64,000 nt of DNA from Pecten maximus (Eukaryota): the NCBI RefSeq assembly GCF_902652985.1, contig NC_047022.1:19592001-19656000 (forward strand). The letters run 5' to 3'. The notes under the pieces were generated by a model. It was given only the letters and a program-made list of their open reading frames with translations, made no database searches and was not told the DNA's origin. Every line of letters starts with the position of its first letter. Within the stretch, counting starts at the first letter, position 1. Position numbers and translations under genes: made by a program. Shown piece by piece: positions 14,201-29,200 of the stretch.

Positions 14201-17200
14201 TTTATTCTGTGTCCTAAAAAACCTGGAACAGCCTTACTAGTTCCTTCAGTGTGAACGAGAATATGCCGACTTTTGATGAGGTCCATAAGGTGTATACCTT
14301 CCTGGTAGAATTAAATATTAACCAAGGTTTGGTTTGTTATATTTTGTTTAATGCTCTTATAATAATTAACAGCAAAGGTCATTTAAGGACATGTCAGGTT
14401 TTGGAGGTGGAGGAAAGCCGGAGGACCGGAGAAAAACCACCAGCCTATGGTCAGTACCTGGCAACTGTACCACATGTGTTTCTGGACTTGCAACTCAGAG
14501 GTGGTGCCGGCTAGTGATAAAGTGTCGGCTAGTGATAAAGTGTCGGCTAGTGATAAAGTGCGGGCTAGTGATAAAGTGTTGGAACACCTTATTACCACAA
14601 AGACCGAGGTACATACTTTACCAGGCCAGTATAAACACCATACTGACTAAATCAAAGTTCCTTAGTTTTTATATCAGATTCGAAACTTGTTTGTAAAAGG
14701 GCAAATGATTTTTATTTATGTTGATAACAGAAAATTTACATCAGGGCAATATGTTACGCCACAATGGTTATGATGTCATACATGCAATATTGACTCTGTG
14801 TTTCTGACAATAGAAACATCTGCAGGTAAGAATTTCAAAATATCTACCTCCGTGTGTCCATGATTTAAATGAGAATTCAGGATAGTTGGACCATCATCTT
14901 AGGTAATATTAACAAGTAAACGTTGTGATTTGCTTTATAAAAGCCAACCACAAGTTTTAGGTACATATCATTTCTATCAGGAAGTAATTAGTTATGGGTG
15001 TTAATTGTTCCATTAGGCCAACCTTTTTGATGCAATATATTAGCCAATCTGTTACACTTGACCTTTGACCTTTATCTAGTACGTTTCATCCTCTATATAG
15101 ATATCATCTGTCAGTGCCACCTTTCATACCTTCAAGTACGGTAAGCATCTATATTTATTTCTTAATATAAAATTGACGTTTTACCCCCAGGTTTTAATTT
15201 TTACCATTTTTTTAATCACTATGTCACACATGACTGAGTGACAAGTCTTCAGGCGAATGAACAAATTATCAAGATACAAGTACACATAAAAGATTCTATT
15301 TCGAAAAATTGTTTATCTGAAGCAAATTAAAGTACAATTGAAAGAATTAGAAAATGTCTGATAATCCTTTATCAAGCTAAGAGTACAACAGATTGATTTT
15401 CTATTTACGACATGACATACTTAATTACAACAAAATGAGGGGAAACCGTTAACTTAAATTTCCCTATATGACAGGAAAGTTCCGAACACTGTTATCTATG
15501 ATGTCAAATTGTATAATCACCACACTCATCATAGAATCTTTGAGCATGCATCTGGCTGATGTGTGTGTTACCTGGGAAAAACGACCTGCTATTGATGTGG
15601 TGATCTTTCTTTTGCATACAAACTTTATATGAATAGCTATTCTAAATGTACTTATATTTTGGTGCAATCAAAATTTAGCACAAAACCAAATCAAAACAGA
15701 TTAAAGGAATGATTTGGTTTTATTTATTTTTGTCCAACGTCCTATCAACAGCTAAGGACGCTTCCTGTGCATGCAAGTTGCATGCATGTGGTGAGTGCAT
15801 GCATGTTTTGGGAAGCTGCGAATGATGAATTAATGCAACCATAATGATTGCCATAGAAACCAAATGTAGATTAACTACAATTAGATCAATCACAATTTAG
15901 AGCAATGCTTCCAGTGCAGAAATTGGTCAAATAATTATTTACTAAAATATGCACATCTACTTTAATCTCCAACTCACAAATAAGTAAAACAGATTCAAAT
16001 TCTTCCTCCATTATACAGATATATAGTTACATTACTTAACCTATTTTCATCTGGAGGAGAATTTTATGGAGATGAAAATTTTATAATACACTGAAGGACA
16101 AATTGTATCTGTAAGAAATAATTTCAAGCTGATACTTAAATTACATTAAAATTTCAATAAAATCTGTGACATATATGATGATCAACGTTACAGTGAACAC
16201 AAGGTTACATAAACATTCACAGCATGCATGGTAATACAAGAATACCGACACAAACTTAATGTCCACAGGGAACATGCAATTTAATCCATTTAATGCCTGT
16301 TTATTTTACACAATCCATCAGTGGCAATGACTTGTATTGATGCAATATACAGAAGAAACACCACAGCTGTTTCATCCAGTAACTTTATAAGTAAACATTG
16401 TGTGCGATTTGTTTGAAGTTGTATTTATAAACTGGTACAGTGCAACATGTGATATTGGAACATTGAACGATAACCGCTTTATCTCCTGAGAAAAACAAAA
16501 CCTGAAAAATTAATGAACCATGAAACAAAATTGAAGAATTAAAACATTGAAATCTGTTCATGATCATTGATACTTTTACAATATCTTCAATAATTAACTT
16601 AAATATATTTTTCAAATCTCTGTCACTGTATTTATCTTCAGCAAATACAATGTAAACTTATGTCTTCAAACAATTAAGCCCACCTAATTTCTGATAGCAA
16701 TTTAGTAAAAATTCAAACAAATCATAAATCATTTCATGGTTAAATAAGCCTCTCCAGACCCCTATTCCTACCCCCCATTTCTGCTGGTCGTCTTTAATTG
16801 CAGGATATGTCAATTGTTATAATGCATCAGCTGTTCAATAAAAATTGTTATCACAACTAGAAGATGTCTGTAAGGTATAAATGTCCCTGGTGCCAGTTGA
16901 CAACCCGAAATACAGTTTGGTGAGGATCCTTTCAGCAGTTCCTGCGATTAGCTAAATGTAGTTACATTGCATTGGGACAGGACGGGACGGGACGGGACGG
17001 ACATGGGTAACACTATATGCCCCCCAATTTGATGGTGGGGCATAAAAAGGGCATGTTCTATCATGTCCTACGGTCATGTCATAAGTAACTGTGATGTCAC
17101 AAATTCCTTATGACATCACATTGAATCACAACTGTCTCTCAAAAAGGTTCTTTTCGGAATATGAGTAAAAACTTTCTATTATGAAGATTTTACTAAATAT

Positions 17201-20200
17201 TAATAGAATCTTTCAACTCCTTGGGGGTGAGACAGGGGAATCTTCCATTGGGTTGGTTAATGATTATTTTTCTCTTACCCTTTACACTAATGTATTTAAT
17301 ATGGATGTTACATCAATGCAAGAAAATGTTGACGTGACATAGTTTAATTGTCAACATGACATCATTGTATTGTCAACATGACATCATTGTATTGTCACCA
17401 CGATATCATGGCATTACTGACGTGACAAATGCAATTGCTGAGAACATGCAAAGAGCATGTGTACATGCATGTAGCTTGTCTTTTCCCTAGGGTGAGACAA
17501 GGAAATCTCACCTGGACCCCGGTAAAACTGTGGATTCCTTGTCCTTGTCCGATTTGCCAGAGATTGAATTGGGACCCCAGGACTAACTAGGATGACATTC
17601 TACTGAATTAACTCAAGAAATCCTCACGCATCTACAGTTGGTAGAATGTTTGAAAGCAACTTATATATTACAAGGGTAACATTCTTGTATTCATACATAA
17701 ACTATTGCATTGCTACAACACACAGTATGGCCAAATCCAGCTGGCATTTCAGAATCAATTTTAGTATAACTGCCTCATAAACAGCACATTATTCCAGGAA
17801 ATGTAAATTGTATATGCAACTGTCTATAACCATTTGACTGTACTTTTGTCGGCAGACATGTATCAACACTCAGACCAGCTTCAATTTCTGCAGATCAGGC
17901 AGACAGATAGATGGTCAAAACACAACCGATTGCCCTACAAGTATATATTGATATGATAAGTGGAACGGGCGAGGGAGACAAACGCCAAACAAATGTGCCA
18001 ACAAAAGAGCCGACATTCTCTATCTCAATGGAAAGATAACTTCCACAGCTCACTTACTGACAATTCGCTGATAAAAGAGGTTAATGATACATGGGGTAGT
18101 GACTGTCTCTAGACAAGATTAAAAATTGCTTCTTCTCTACTGGGACAGGTCATGCAGGGAAAGTATGTCAGAAAATCATTGACAATATACATATAAAAGG
18201 AGATTACTTCCTAAATCATCTTGTCTTAAACCTAGTAATTCTGTTGGGGAAACTGGGCAATAAAAACATACCGAAAGTATTTACGTAAATAGGTATGGGT
18301 TATGGGAGGACAATTTCTGATTGACTATAGTTATCAGATCAACTTGTGTTAATGGCAAATACACAGTGGTGAATGTTTGGGGTTAAAAAAACAAGACTGT
18401 TGTCTAGAAAAATATTTAGAAGATTGGCTATATCTAATTCGATGTGAGGATAGGACCCACAAGTCTGTTATCACTTTGTCGATAGTGTTAGTGTCTACAA
18501 TTAATGATTTATGTTACGAGTACACATGCTGATAGAAAAATCACTAAATGGTCTGAAACTTAAATATATGAACAAACAATGGAATCAAAGGAAAAATATA
18601 ATACACAAAAGTCCATCCCTCAGTTTCCTCACTACAGGTTTATCTCCGTAAAATGGTCAAATTGACATATGCGGCCTCTTTTATCTCATTGGGCTTTGGT
18701 TTGGTTTATTTTGTTTAACGTCCTATTAACAGCCAGGTTCCTTTAAGGACGTGCCTGGTTTTGGAGGTGGAGGAAAATCGGAGCCCCAGGATTAAAAACC
18801 ACCACCCTACAGTCAGTACCAGGTAACTGACCCATGTGGGTTTCTAACTCGCAACCCAGAGGTAGAGGGCTGGTGATAAAGTGTGATAAGGTTCATTATG
18901 CAGATCTCTCCCAAAGGCTCAATATTCCTATAGCTCCATAGAAATTTTGTTTGTGTCGCTCCATCAAATATCCCTTTCTTACTAATGTTGCCGGAGTCCA
19001 TTCCTTAAATTTTTCATCTGTTCAATGGCTTCTCAATATCACCATTGAAAAGTTTTGTAAAATGTAATTTCTTTCGAGCAATGAAATGAATTACACCGTT
19101 TAATGACTTTTCTCACAATTATTATTCACATTTGTAACATTATCGACTTCCAATCTTTCCATTTCAGAATGTCAGAATGAAATGGTGGACAAATAAAGCA
19201 AGAGAGCATTGCCAGCAAATTAATCTGTGACCTTGACCTTCAAAGAATCTGCTTCACCATAAAGATTGTTAAACTGCTGAAAGAATAACTTCTGAGAGCA
19301 AACCCACAAAACATTTCTAATGACACCCTGTATAAACATCTCCCAGTCCAGATCAAAGTACAGGGGGGGGGGGGGGGAAATCCATCAACAAGGAGGCAGA
19401 CCTGGTCCAAGTAAATTGGGTCAACAGGACAGATGATTTTACACAGCGGAAGTTTTATAGATGGTAAAATTGTAGAGGGCTATGATTACTGGTTCACCAG
19501 TCTGACAGACCCATACATTAACCAATCCTAACCAGTATTCCCTTTACTCCGGGTCATTTTGACCACACACTTAGTTCATTTTGACTGGTTCGTGTACTGT
19601 TGTAGGTGTGGAGTGCATACATGCAGGGCAATACTATATATTACATAAACCTGGATCATTCAAATACGGTCAATTCAAATGTAACAACGTTATAAGGAAT
19701 ACAATTACAACAAAGTTTTACAGGATAAAAATAACTTCCATACATCTTACGAATTGGAAATAACAAACTCCAGAAATAACAAGACCAAAATCATGATCTT
19801 ACGAAAGTTGTTGTTACACAAGCAAAGCTGACAATTATGTTTTTTTTTAACTTCTTGTAGTCAAATTTTTTTTCCTATTTTATCCCTGATACATCACTTT
19901 CAAAATCAAATATAACTGTATACCACATTTCACAATAGGACACAAATTCAACATTAACCAGCAAAAATTTCCAGCTTCAGACATTGTAAAAGTATTCGAC
20001 TTTAAAATGGAAACAAATTGGATGCCAACAACACAAAATACAACTGTTTATTGATCAATCAATTGTATCAATACCAGACCCATGCTGATCCATTCCACAC
20101 TATCTAGAGTAGGAATACTAATATCCTGGGGGAAAAATAACACTGCTTTAATAACAGTTGGGTATTTTATAATTTGGGTCCATTTTAGGATTAAATGGGG

Positions 20201-23200
20201 AAATTGGTTTGAAAAGTCAAGACTAGAGAGAGAGTCATTGGCTTCAACACAAACTCTATGCTTGATTTCAAAGCTGTATATATTCTAGACAACAATACAA
20301 ATGATTGTTGATGTATAGTCAGGAGAAGTCTTTCAATGAAATATGTATCGCTATACGTATGTAGCCCTATTTTTACTATTCAAATATCACTTGTTCGCAG
20401 GGGAATACATTCTTGGAAGAATATGAGTTTACTGTTGTTGAAACAGTGAAGATTACACTCGGAAAACCATTTGGGATTTCAACAACAATAATTGACCGAG
20501 TTGCTCAACAATTGACCAAGTTACATCAATTAGGTTGGTCTCTAGAGACATGTGATGGACACAACCAACAATTCAATCTGCCATAGATTCTTCCTCATAT
20601 TCAAATGGCACAATGTCACATTTCATCTCTGGTGGTCTGATGTTCGTGAAAGGTCTTTCTGGTGTAAGGAATGTTTAAACTGAAGACAGGACATCATCAC
20701 TCAGAAATATCTAGGTTAATGGGAAATATCTCTTCTTCCCACACCTTTGCGTCAGGAGGTGTCGCATGTACAAATAAAACAAAATTTAAGTTCCTAGAAA
20801 CCATTTCCAAGCTGAAACCACTTTTAACATAAAGGAGAGGCTTTAACACTAAACTATACCCAGAACCTGTCTCACCTAATGATCACTACAAATCATATGA
20901 GGTTCTGGATTATTTTGTTTATATACAAAATGATAAACAGAAAGTCTAGAAATATGTTTGTGAAGCATGTATACCTTAGTCAAAGGTATCAATAATTGAA
21001 CAAAAAAAATCGAAATAATTTTAAACATTTAGTGCAGGACTGTATAGTGAGTGTTAATATAAATATCTGGCCCAAAAAAATTTTTTATGCAAAATATCAG
21101 TATCCTATCACTAATAACTATTTTTGATTCGGAAGAAAACTCTGTGAAAATTCTATACCAAAACCCAACAACCTAGAAATGTCAACTTCAAATCATGTCA
21201 CAATCCATGAAAAAAAAAAAAAAAAATTCTGGTTTTTGATGTTGGCCCTAAAAAGTACTTTTTCACAAAATATTATCTATCCTCCTCCTCCCCCCCCCCC
21301 CCCCCCCAAAAAAAAAAAAATCAAAATCAATAAATAAAATTCTCGGTACCATTAATAAATTTGGGACAGGCAGAGAAATAGTAGTGTATTGACCTAACAG
21401 GTTGTCTCTTCTACTTCTCAGTATACAGCAGTAGTTCTAGATCTATAATCTACAGGGTCCAGTAAACATTCCCCATTTCAAATGACAAGTAACACAAGAA
21501 CCTTTGTGGTAATGATCAACCCCAAGTAAGATCATACCAGCCAAAAGATCAAACTTACTTCCGATTAGCATTAATTACAACTGGTTGTTCGGGGATACAG
21601 GCCTACTGTTCCCAGTTTGACCTTGGTGGTATCACTGAGGTAAATGATCATAAAAGACCAAAGATCAGAACTTAATGGTAGGAGATTAACAATATTTAGC
21701 TTTGGCTCGGGAACACACACTTATACCAGACATATGACATTGATCAAGGGCCATAATTGATAGACCCGACACAACTTGTATTTACACAAAACTATATCCA
21801 ACACCAGCCTTTTGTATAATAGTGACTAAGACATCTCCTGTTCTGAAAAGTTTTCCATTGTTTTATTTATCTTATTATTTTTTAAAATATGTTTGACCCA
21901 TATGACTGTAATTGAAGTTTGAAGGTCTGAGTTCAAGACATTTGATAGTTCTAAAATATACCCATTAAATGTAAAATCATTCCATTTCTTAGATTCTTAT
22001 AATATTTGTAACAAAGGATTTTATATCGAAATATAATAAAATCTGAGCATTTCCTAACTTGAAGGAGAACCTTGAAGGATATTTCTTCAGAATACATACA
22101 TGTACTTTAAGAGTGTAGTCAATCATGTTATCTCACATCAGTAAAATTTAATTTAGATTCTTCTTTAAATAGCAAATGCTTCCAAATCACTTTAATTGCA
22201 GCACTTAATTGTTACCAAGCTAAATATACACCACATTTCAGATAAAGGCTGATTAAATTTTCACTTGCAATAATCTTCAGTTGTGGTTCTCGTAATTGTG
22301 TATAACTTTAATTAAATTGTTTTAATCATGAGTGCTTTAATTAGAAACAGTCCTGGCTGCAGCGAGTCAGTGAAGAACTGTTCATAAAACACTTATCTCA
22401 ACAGTATCCATCATCAAACTCATTATCCGGAGTTTTCAGCTGAACTTAATCTTCACAATTTATGATGATTTTCTGTAAATCCTAAAAGGATGATGGTTAT
22501 AAATGTAAATGAAACCCATGAAAAATTATTAACGAAAATCAAATCTGTAGAAATCTTTATAACCAAAATTATTGAAAGACTGGGGCATGTACTGCTAAAA
22601 TCTCATAAGGATGATAGAGTATATAATAGCCGACACCAGAGGAGGGGGCCTGAATCACAGGGACTTGGCAGTAAATCACAACACTTGGTCCATATGTCAA
22701 GGCATATGATACATATAATTGACTGATTGCTGGGAATTTGAGCCAAGTCCCTATGGCCTAAATCAATGTAAAGTAATTGGTGCATCTTATAATCAATTTT
22801 TCAATTTTTTTTTTTTTTTTTGCTGTAGAAATACAAGGTATAAATTTCATATGGTTTCTGTCCAGGGTGATCATTTAGAACCCAAGGGCATTCACTGAAG
22901 TATAAATGCCATCCTTTGAAATGGGAAAAATCTGTATAATTTTATTTGAGTACATTGTTATTTAATAGTCTATGTAACACGTAATGTACATCATTCAAGA
23001 AGCGATCATCATTCAAAGTATTGATCATATCTGTATGCTTAAACAATACAAACTCAATATTCAACAGCAAAACACAATTAGCTTTTCTCATCAGAAACAG
23101 AATAAGACATTATGTACATGCCTGTTCTGCTATTTATTTCTAGGTAAGAAGTTTATACTTATTTCACCAGTTGATAGTGACAGAAATAAATTCATGAATT

Positions 23201-26200
23201 CAGACTGGATGAAGACATTTTCTGGCAACCCGGACGACAAGCAGGTCTGCACAATAATATATATTGCATTTAATATATATTACACAGTGGTGCAGAATCG
23301 ATAGGACGGAACATGGAAAACAACGGATTACAGATAAAGCCCATGTGTTGTCTGACCACCTAGGAGCTCCATTACAGAATTCAAAGGTTAATCTCCGACT
23401 CAATACTTCAGAGACCACAGACAATCAGCTGGACTTATACCAATGCATTAAACCCTCGTTATCTTATAGAAATCCTTAATTCAATATCATATGTGCATTT
23501 TGTCTGCAGAACTGCCCATTGGGAGGATGTGCAACAAGTACACAGGAATATTGTCGATTCTTCTTGTAGGAAGCTTCCCGAACTGCCTTCAGGATAAAGG
23601 AAATAGAGAGTTTTTTTCAGATGATATCATCATTAAGACTATACAGAGAATGTCATTGAGGACATGTCTTAAGTTAAAAAAAATCTGGCTTGTTTTAAGA
23701 CACCAATATGTCTGCAGGTTTCATAAACAAAAGACCACTAACTAAAATAAATTTGCAAATGGTATATCTACTGTTTTGGAAAACAGCACCATGGATTTGC
23801 ATTAATTAGAAAAGTCAAAGTATTAAGTCTAACAGAAAAAGGATGCATATAGATGTTCTTTTCTTTAAGGCTTACGGTTTTGAACAGATGCCATGCAATC
23901 TCCTCTAAAGAATTATAACAAAACAAACAAAACAGTTATTTAAATTATTTGAGGACAGCCAAGGTGATATGAGGATAGATGTCAAGGAGACACAAACAGC
24001 CAAGGTGATATGAGGATAGATGTCAAGGAGACACAAACAGCCAAGGTGATATGAGGATAGGTGTCAAGGAGACACAAACAGCCAAGGTGATATGAGGATA
24101 GATGTCAAGGAGACACAAACAGCCAAGGTGATATGAGGATAGGTGTCAAGGAGACACAAACAGCCAAGGTGATATGAGGATAGATGTCAAGGAGACACAA
24201 ACAGCCAAGGTGATATGAGGATAGATGTCAAGGAGACACAAACAGTCAAGATGATATGAGGATAGGTTTCCAGGAGACACAAACAGCCAAGGTGATATGA
24301 GGATAGGTGTCAAGGAGACACAAACAGCCAAGGTGATATGAGGATAGATGTCCAGGAGACACAAACAGCCAAGGTGATATGAGGATAGGTGTCCAGGAGA
24401 CACAAACAGCCAAGGTGATATGAGGATAGATGTCCAGGAGACACAAACAGCCAAGGTGATATGAGGATAGGTGTCCAGGAGACACCAACAGTCAAGATGA
24501 TATGAGGATAGATGTCCAGGAGACACAAACAGTCAAGATGATATGAGGATAGATGTCCAGGAGACACAAACAGCCAAGGCGATATGAGGATAGGTGTCCA
24601 GGAGACACAAACAGCCAAGGTGATATGAGGATAGATGTCCAGGAGACACAAACAGCCAAGGCGATATGAGGATAGGTGTCAAGGAGACACAAACAGCCAA
24701 GGTGATATGGGATAGATGTCAAGGAGACACAAACAGCCAAGGTGATATGAGGATAGGTGTCAAGGAGACACAAACAGCCAAGGTGATATGAGGATAGATG
24801 TCAAGGAGACACAAACAGCCAAGGTGATATGAGGATAGATGTCCAGGAGACACCAACAGTCAAGATGATATGAGGATAGGTGTCCAGGAGACACCAACAG
24901 TCAAGGCAATATGAGGGTAGCTAGGTGTCAAAAAGACACCAACAGCTACTGTCAAATGAGGACAGGTGTCGGGGAGACATCAACAGTCAGAGTCAAATGA
25001 GGACAGTTATCGGGGAAACATCAGCAGTCAGAGTCAAATGAGGACAGGTGTCATAAAGACATCAACAGTCAGAGTCAAATGAGGACAGGTGTCGGGGAGA
25101 CATCAACAGTCAGAGTCAAATGAGGACAGGTGTCAAAAAGACATCAACAGTCAGAGTCAAATTACAGGTGTCGGGGAGACATCAACAGTCAGAGTCAAAT
25201 AAGGACAGGTGTCGGGGAGACATCAACAGTCAGAGTCAAATGAGGACAGGTGTCAAAAAGACATCAACAGTCAGAGTCAAATTACAGGTGTCGGGGAGAC
25301 ATCAACAGTCAGAGTCAAATAAGGACAGGTGTCGGGGAGACATCAACAGTCAGAGTCAAATAAGGACAGGTGTCGGGGAGACATCAACAGTCAGAGTCAA
25401 ATGAGGACAGGTGTCGGGGAGACATAAACAGTCAGAGTCAAATGAGGACAGGTGTCGGGGAGACATAAACAGTCAAATTCAAATGAGGACAGGTGTCGGG
25501 GAGACATCAACAGCTACTGTCAAATGAGGACAGGTGTCAAAAAGACACCAACAGCTACGTCAAATGACGACAGGTGTCGGGGAGACATCAAGTCAGAGTC
25601 AAATGACGACAGGTGTCGGGGAGACATCAACAGTCAGAGTCAAATGAGGACAGGTGTCGGGGAGACATCAACAGTCAGAGTCAAATGAGGACAGGTTTCG
25701 GGGAGACACATGAATCAGGAAAGTCAGGAAAAGGCAGGGAAGGATGACATGTATCCCATGTGCTGTAGATAGTTTAATTGGTCTCGTCAAATTCTTAAAT
25801 ATCTCCTTTAGCAGAAGACATAGGAGAAAAACCACAATTCTGCATGGGCCACAATTTATATATCCACCTTCTATGACATGCTGCGAAATACAACAGTATC
25901 TCCCCCTGCTTCTGCATGAAAAACAAGCGTATTGCATAAACCAATCATAGCAGATATGGAAATTTCTAAATATAAACCAACGCGTTTTTATCAATGCAAT
26001 TTATTCATTTATTTATTGGTTTAGCACTTAACTTGAAAATATCTTGTTTAACCAGATTTCCAAACTTTACAGTTTGAGATTGAAATCTTGAAGTTTATTG
26101 TGAGTGAGGGGACCATCAATAACTTGATCCCCTCGTGTCGGCAAGACAGAAAAAATCAAGTATTTTTATTAAAACAATTCAAAGTTTGGCAAATAATTTC

Positions 26201-29200
26201 TACATTAGGAGGAACTGTCACAAAATCCAATTTAAACATTTAAAATTTGGTGATAAAGACTAACCGCCTGTGTGATGTGATAAACTTTATCTTATGTTTT
26301 TGCCAGTGTTAACATTATTTTAATGGACCCATACATATACAAACATTTTTTTTTCACATTCCTCATTCCCTTCATTCACGCCAAGTTTACACACATGGTT
26401 GATATAAACCAAATAATTTCTTACCAAGTTCACACATACATGGAATAGAGCCTGCTATGTTGTATCAGAAATGGTTCTCTAATGGAATGATTCAGGTTTA
26501 TCATTTGGGAAATTTTTTTCTCTGTCATAAACTGTTCATCAGCAATCATCAGTATAAACTATTTAACAGACCCTAAATTTGACATCAGTAACCAATGTCT
26601 CTTACTGACCTTGACATTATGTCTGAAATGTTGCACTTATCAAAAAGTTGTGATATTTTTCAGCTATTATTTTAAAAAATTTTGTCGAAAACAAATAATT
26701 AAATTTTGAAGTTTGAAATTACAATATTCATATTGTAAATTATCATTCTGCTTAAAAGTCTATTAACAGAGTGTATAAAGGTCATTGAAAATAAATTTCA
26801 AATTTCCCAACTGTGTGATATTTTTTCAACTTTTGAAATTATCAACAATGAGAGTGCAGTGCAATGTTGGAAACAAACGGTTGATTGCACTGAACACGAT
26901 GTTTCACATATCACACATGATCAGCTCAGTAAAAACAAATCTTTGTTTTCTGAGCTTGAGGCTATTTGATTGGCTCCATCACATTTTCCAATCAGAATTT
27001 CAGCCAATCAGATTGAAGTTAACAAAGTGTTTCAGAACTTAATATCAATGGGTTTAAACTATTACAGCAGAATATTATTGATACCATTTTGTCTAACAGA
27101 TACGTTTTCCTATTGATTAAAACACTGGCGTAGGTGGTGGAAAAGCCTACTTGTTAACACCCCCACAAGTCTTTTAATTTCAACTCGGTGACATCACTGA
27201 AACAAGGAGTTTTCACAGAGTCGACCCACGAGTAATAAGTATAGTGTAGTGTTTTGAAATCAACTGTGGGTATCCAACCATGAGTGTAGTGTAGCAGGGA
27301 CAATCTAAACTAGATGGTGAAGGAGTTTATAGTGACCTAGGAGTGATCAACTGTGGGTATCCAACCATGAGTGTAGTGTAGCAGGGACAATCTAAACTAC
27401 TGGGTGAAGGAGTTTATAGTGACCTAGGAGTGATACTGACATTGACGTCCTTCAGAATCTAATTTGCACTAAGGTATGGGGTATATAGGACATTATGTAA
27501 AATGACATACTTACAATGGAACTTACATCAGATTTTCTCTAGAAATTAACAAACAAATTTACCACAAAGTTTTGAAGAAGTTGACATATTCCACACTTTA
27601 GTCAGAAAGCCACATGTATGACTATAAATTGCAGTGTAGAGCCCTGAATTCATATTGCTATATCCAAAAATACAAACACGAATGATCATTTGTTTCTTTA
27701 GCAAGGGGGAGAGGATAAAGTGTTTCTAACATGAACAACCTTTATTTTTAAGTCAAAGGTAACAAACATAATGTCTGTATGACATAAATACCCTTGCTGC
27801 CACTTAAATATAGTCTTGTGTCAGCCAGGATGGCATCAGCAATTCCTGAGATTAGCTGTAGTTATATTATATCGGGACGGGACCGAGACGGGACAGGATG
27901 AACACGGGTAGCACTAGATGCCCTCCTAGTTCATGGCACAGACATACAAACTCAAATGTACAAAGTATACATCCATTATTATGAATTCAAAATAACCTAC
28001 TAGCTTGTCATGTGGAGCAGTCTTTATTTAGACAGGCTACAAGGATCCCTATGTTTTTTCTACTAACTTATCTCCCCCTGGTTTGAAACTCTAGAATCAG
28101 AGATATCTGGTGGATCTCATTTCATTTTTATAAATTCAAAATTCAAGAGATGAGGACCAGTCTGTGCAATATATTCCCCAATCTTCTCTGGCAGATTTTG
28201 TCTAACCAGTGATCTACTGGAGCAAGTGCATGCAGCTAGCCTTAGGAAGTTCTTAGTGAAAGATTAATAAAATGTATTTGGACTAAAACTTACTCGGTTA
28301 AAGTATGTAGAAAGAACTAAGTATTAAATATATCATTGTGAGTTTATTTTGTGAGATTTAATTGAAATGTAAACAGATTGGTTTCCTGATTAAATTTCAA
28401 TTTTTTCGTTTTTTTTTTCTTTTTTAATTTTCATTTGATGTTAAAAATAGTGCAAACTGCAAGCTAAGCACAAAATCTAAATACGATTCTGTCAGCATGT
28501 GGAGGGGCAGACAGGGAAGGTCAACACTCAATCAATTTCCCCCTCCAGTAATGTTTTTGAGGGACTATAAAACCTACAATATAGAATATGATCCTTACTT
28601 TTACAAAATCTGATTATCAAAGAGATAATATTGGACAAGGACATATCACTGCCAATGTACAGTATATACTAAAATAAAATTTGCTGTAGAAGCCATAAAT
28701 TACACAATATTGCAGCACAGTCGTGCGTTATTGGGACAGAATTATTAATAAAATCCTTTTCCTGAAAACAAACAGAACAAATCTTACCTAAAAATCTATT
28801 TATTTGATAAGGACTGTCTCTGCAACAGGATGTCAAAATAATCAGCATCGTTTAATGACCATTTTATGGTAAAACATGGGTGTGTTTCTGTGCTTTATCG
28901 AAAATAGCTTAGCTTCTCAATGCTGGTGAAAATCTATATTGGGTCATCAGCGCATCGTACAACACAACTCTCAAGTTTATTGGTGTAATATTTGGTGGAG
29001 TGTTAGATAATGGTAATTTCACCTGGTGCCACTCTGTGATGGGTTCCATAAACCATTGTTTCCTGTCAGCCTCCCGGGCTGCCCAGCCCATCACCATGAT
29101 AATTACATTGATTCTGCCAACATTTTCCACACTCCATTAGCATGTGCCAAGCTGCATCATGACAACTATTCTGAACTGTTGTCAGGTGCATTTTTTGCCT

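Noticed and set aside
23170-23400. Possible nested plus-strand exons (VDSDRNKFMNSDWMKTFSGNPDDKQ etc.)
   Set aside because: Plausible AG/GT ends but no consistent exon chain or recognisable protein.
24146-25688. Repetitive ORFs on both strands
   Set aside because: Products of the 41-bp satellites.
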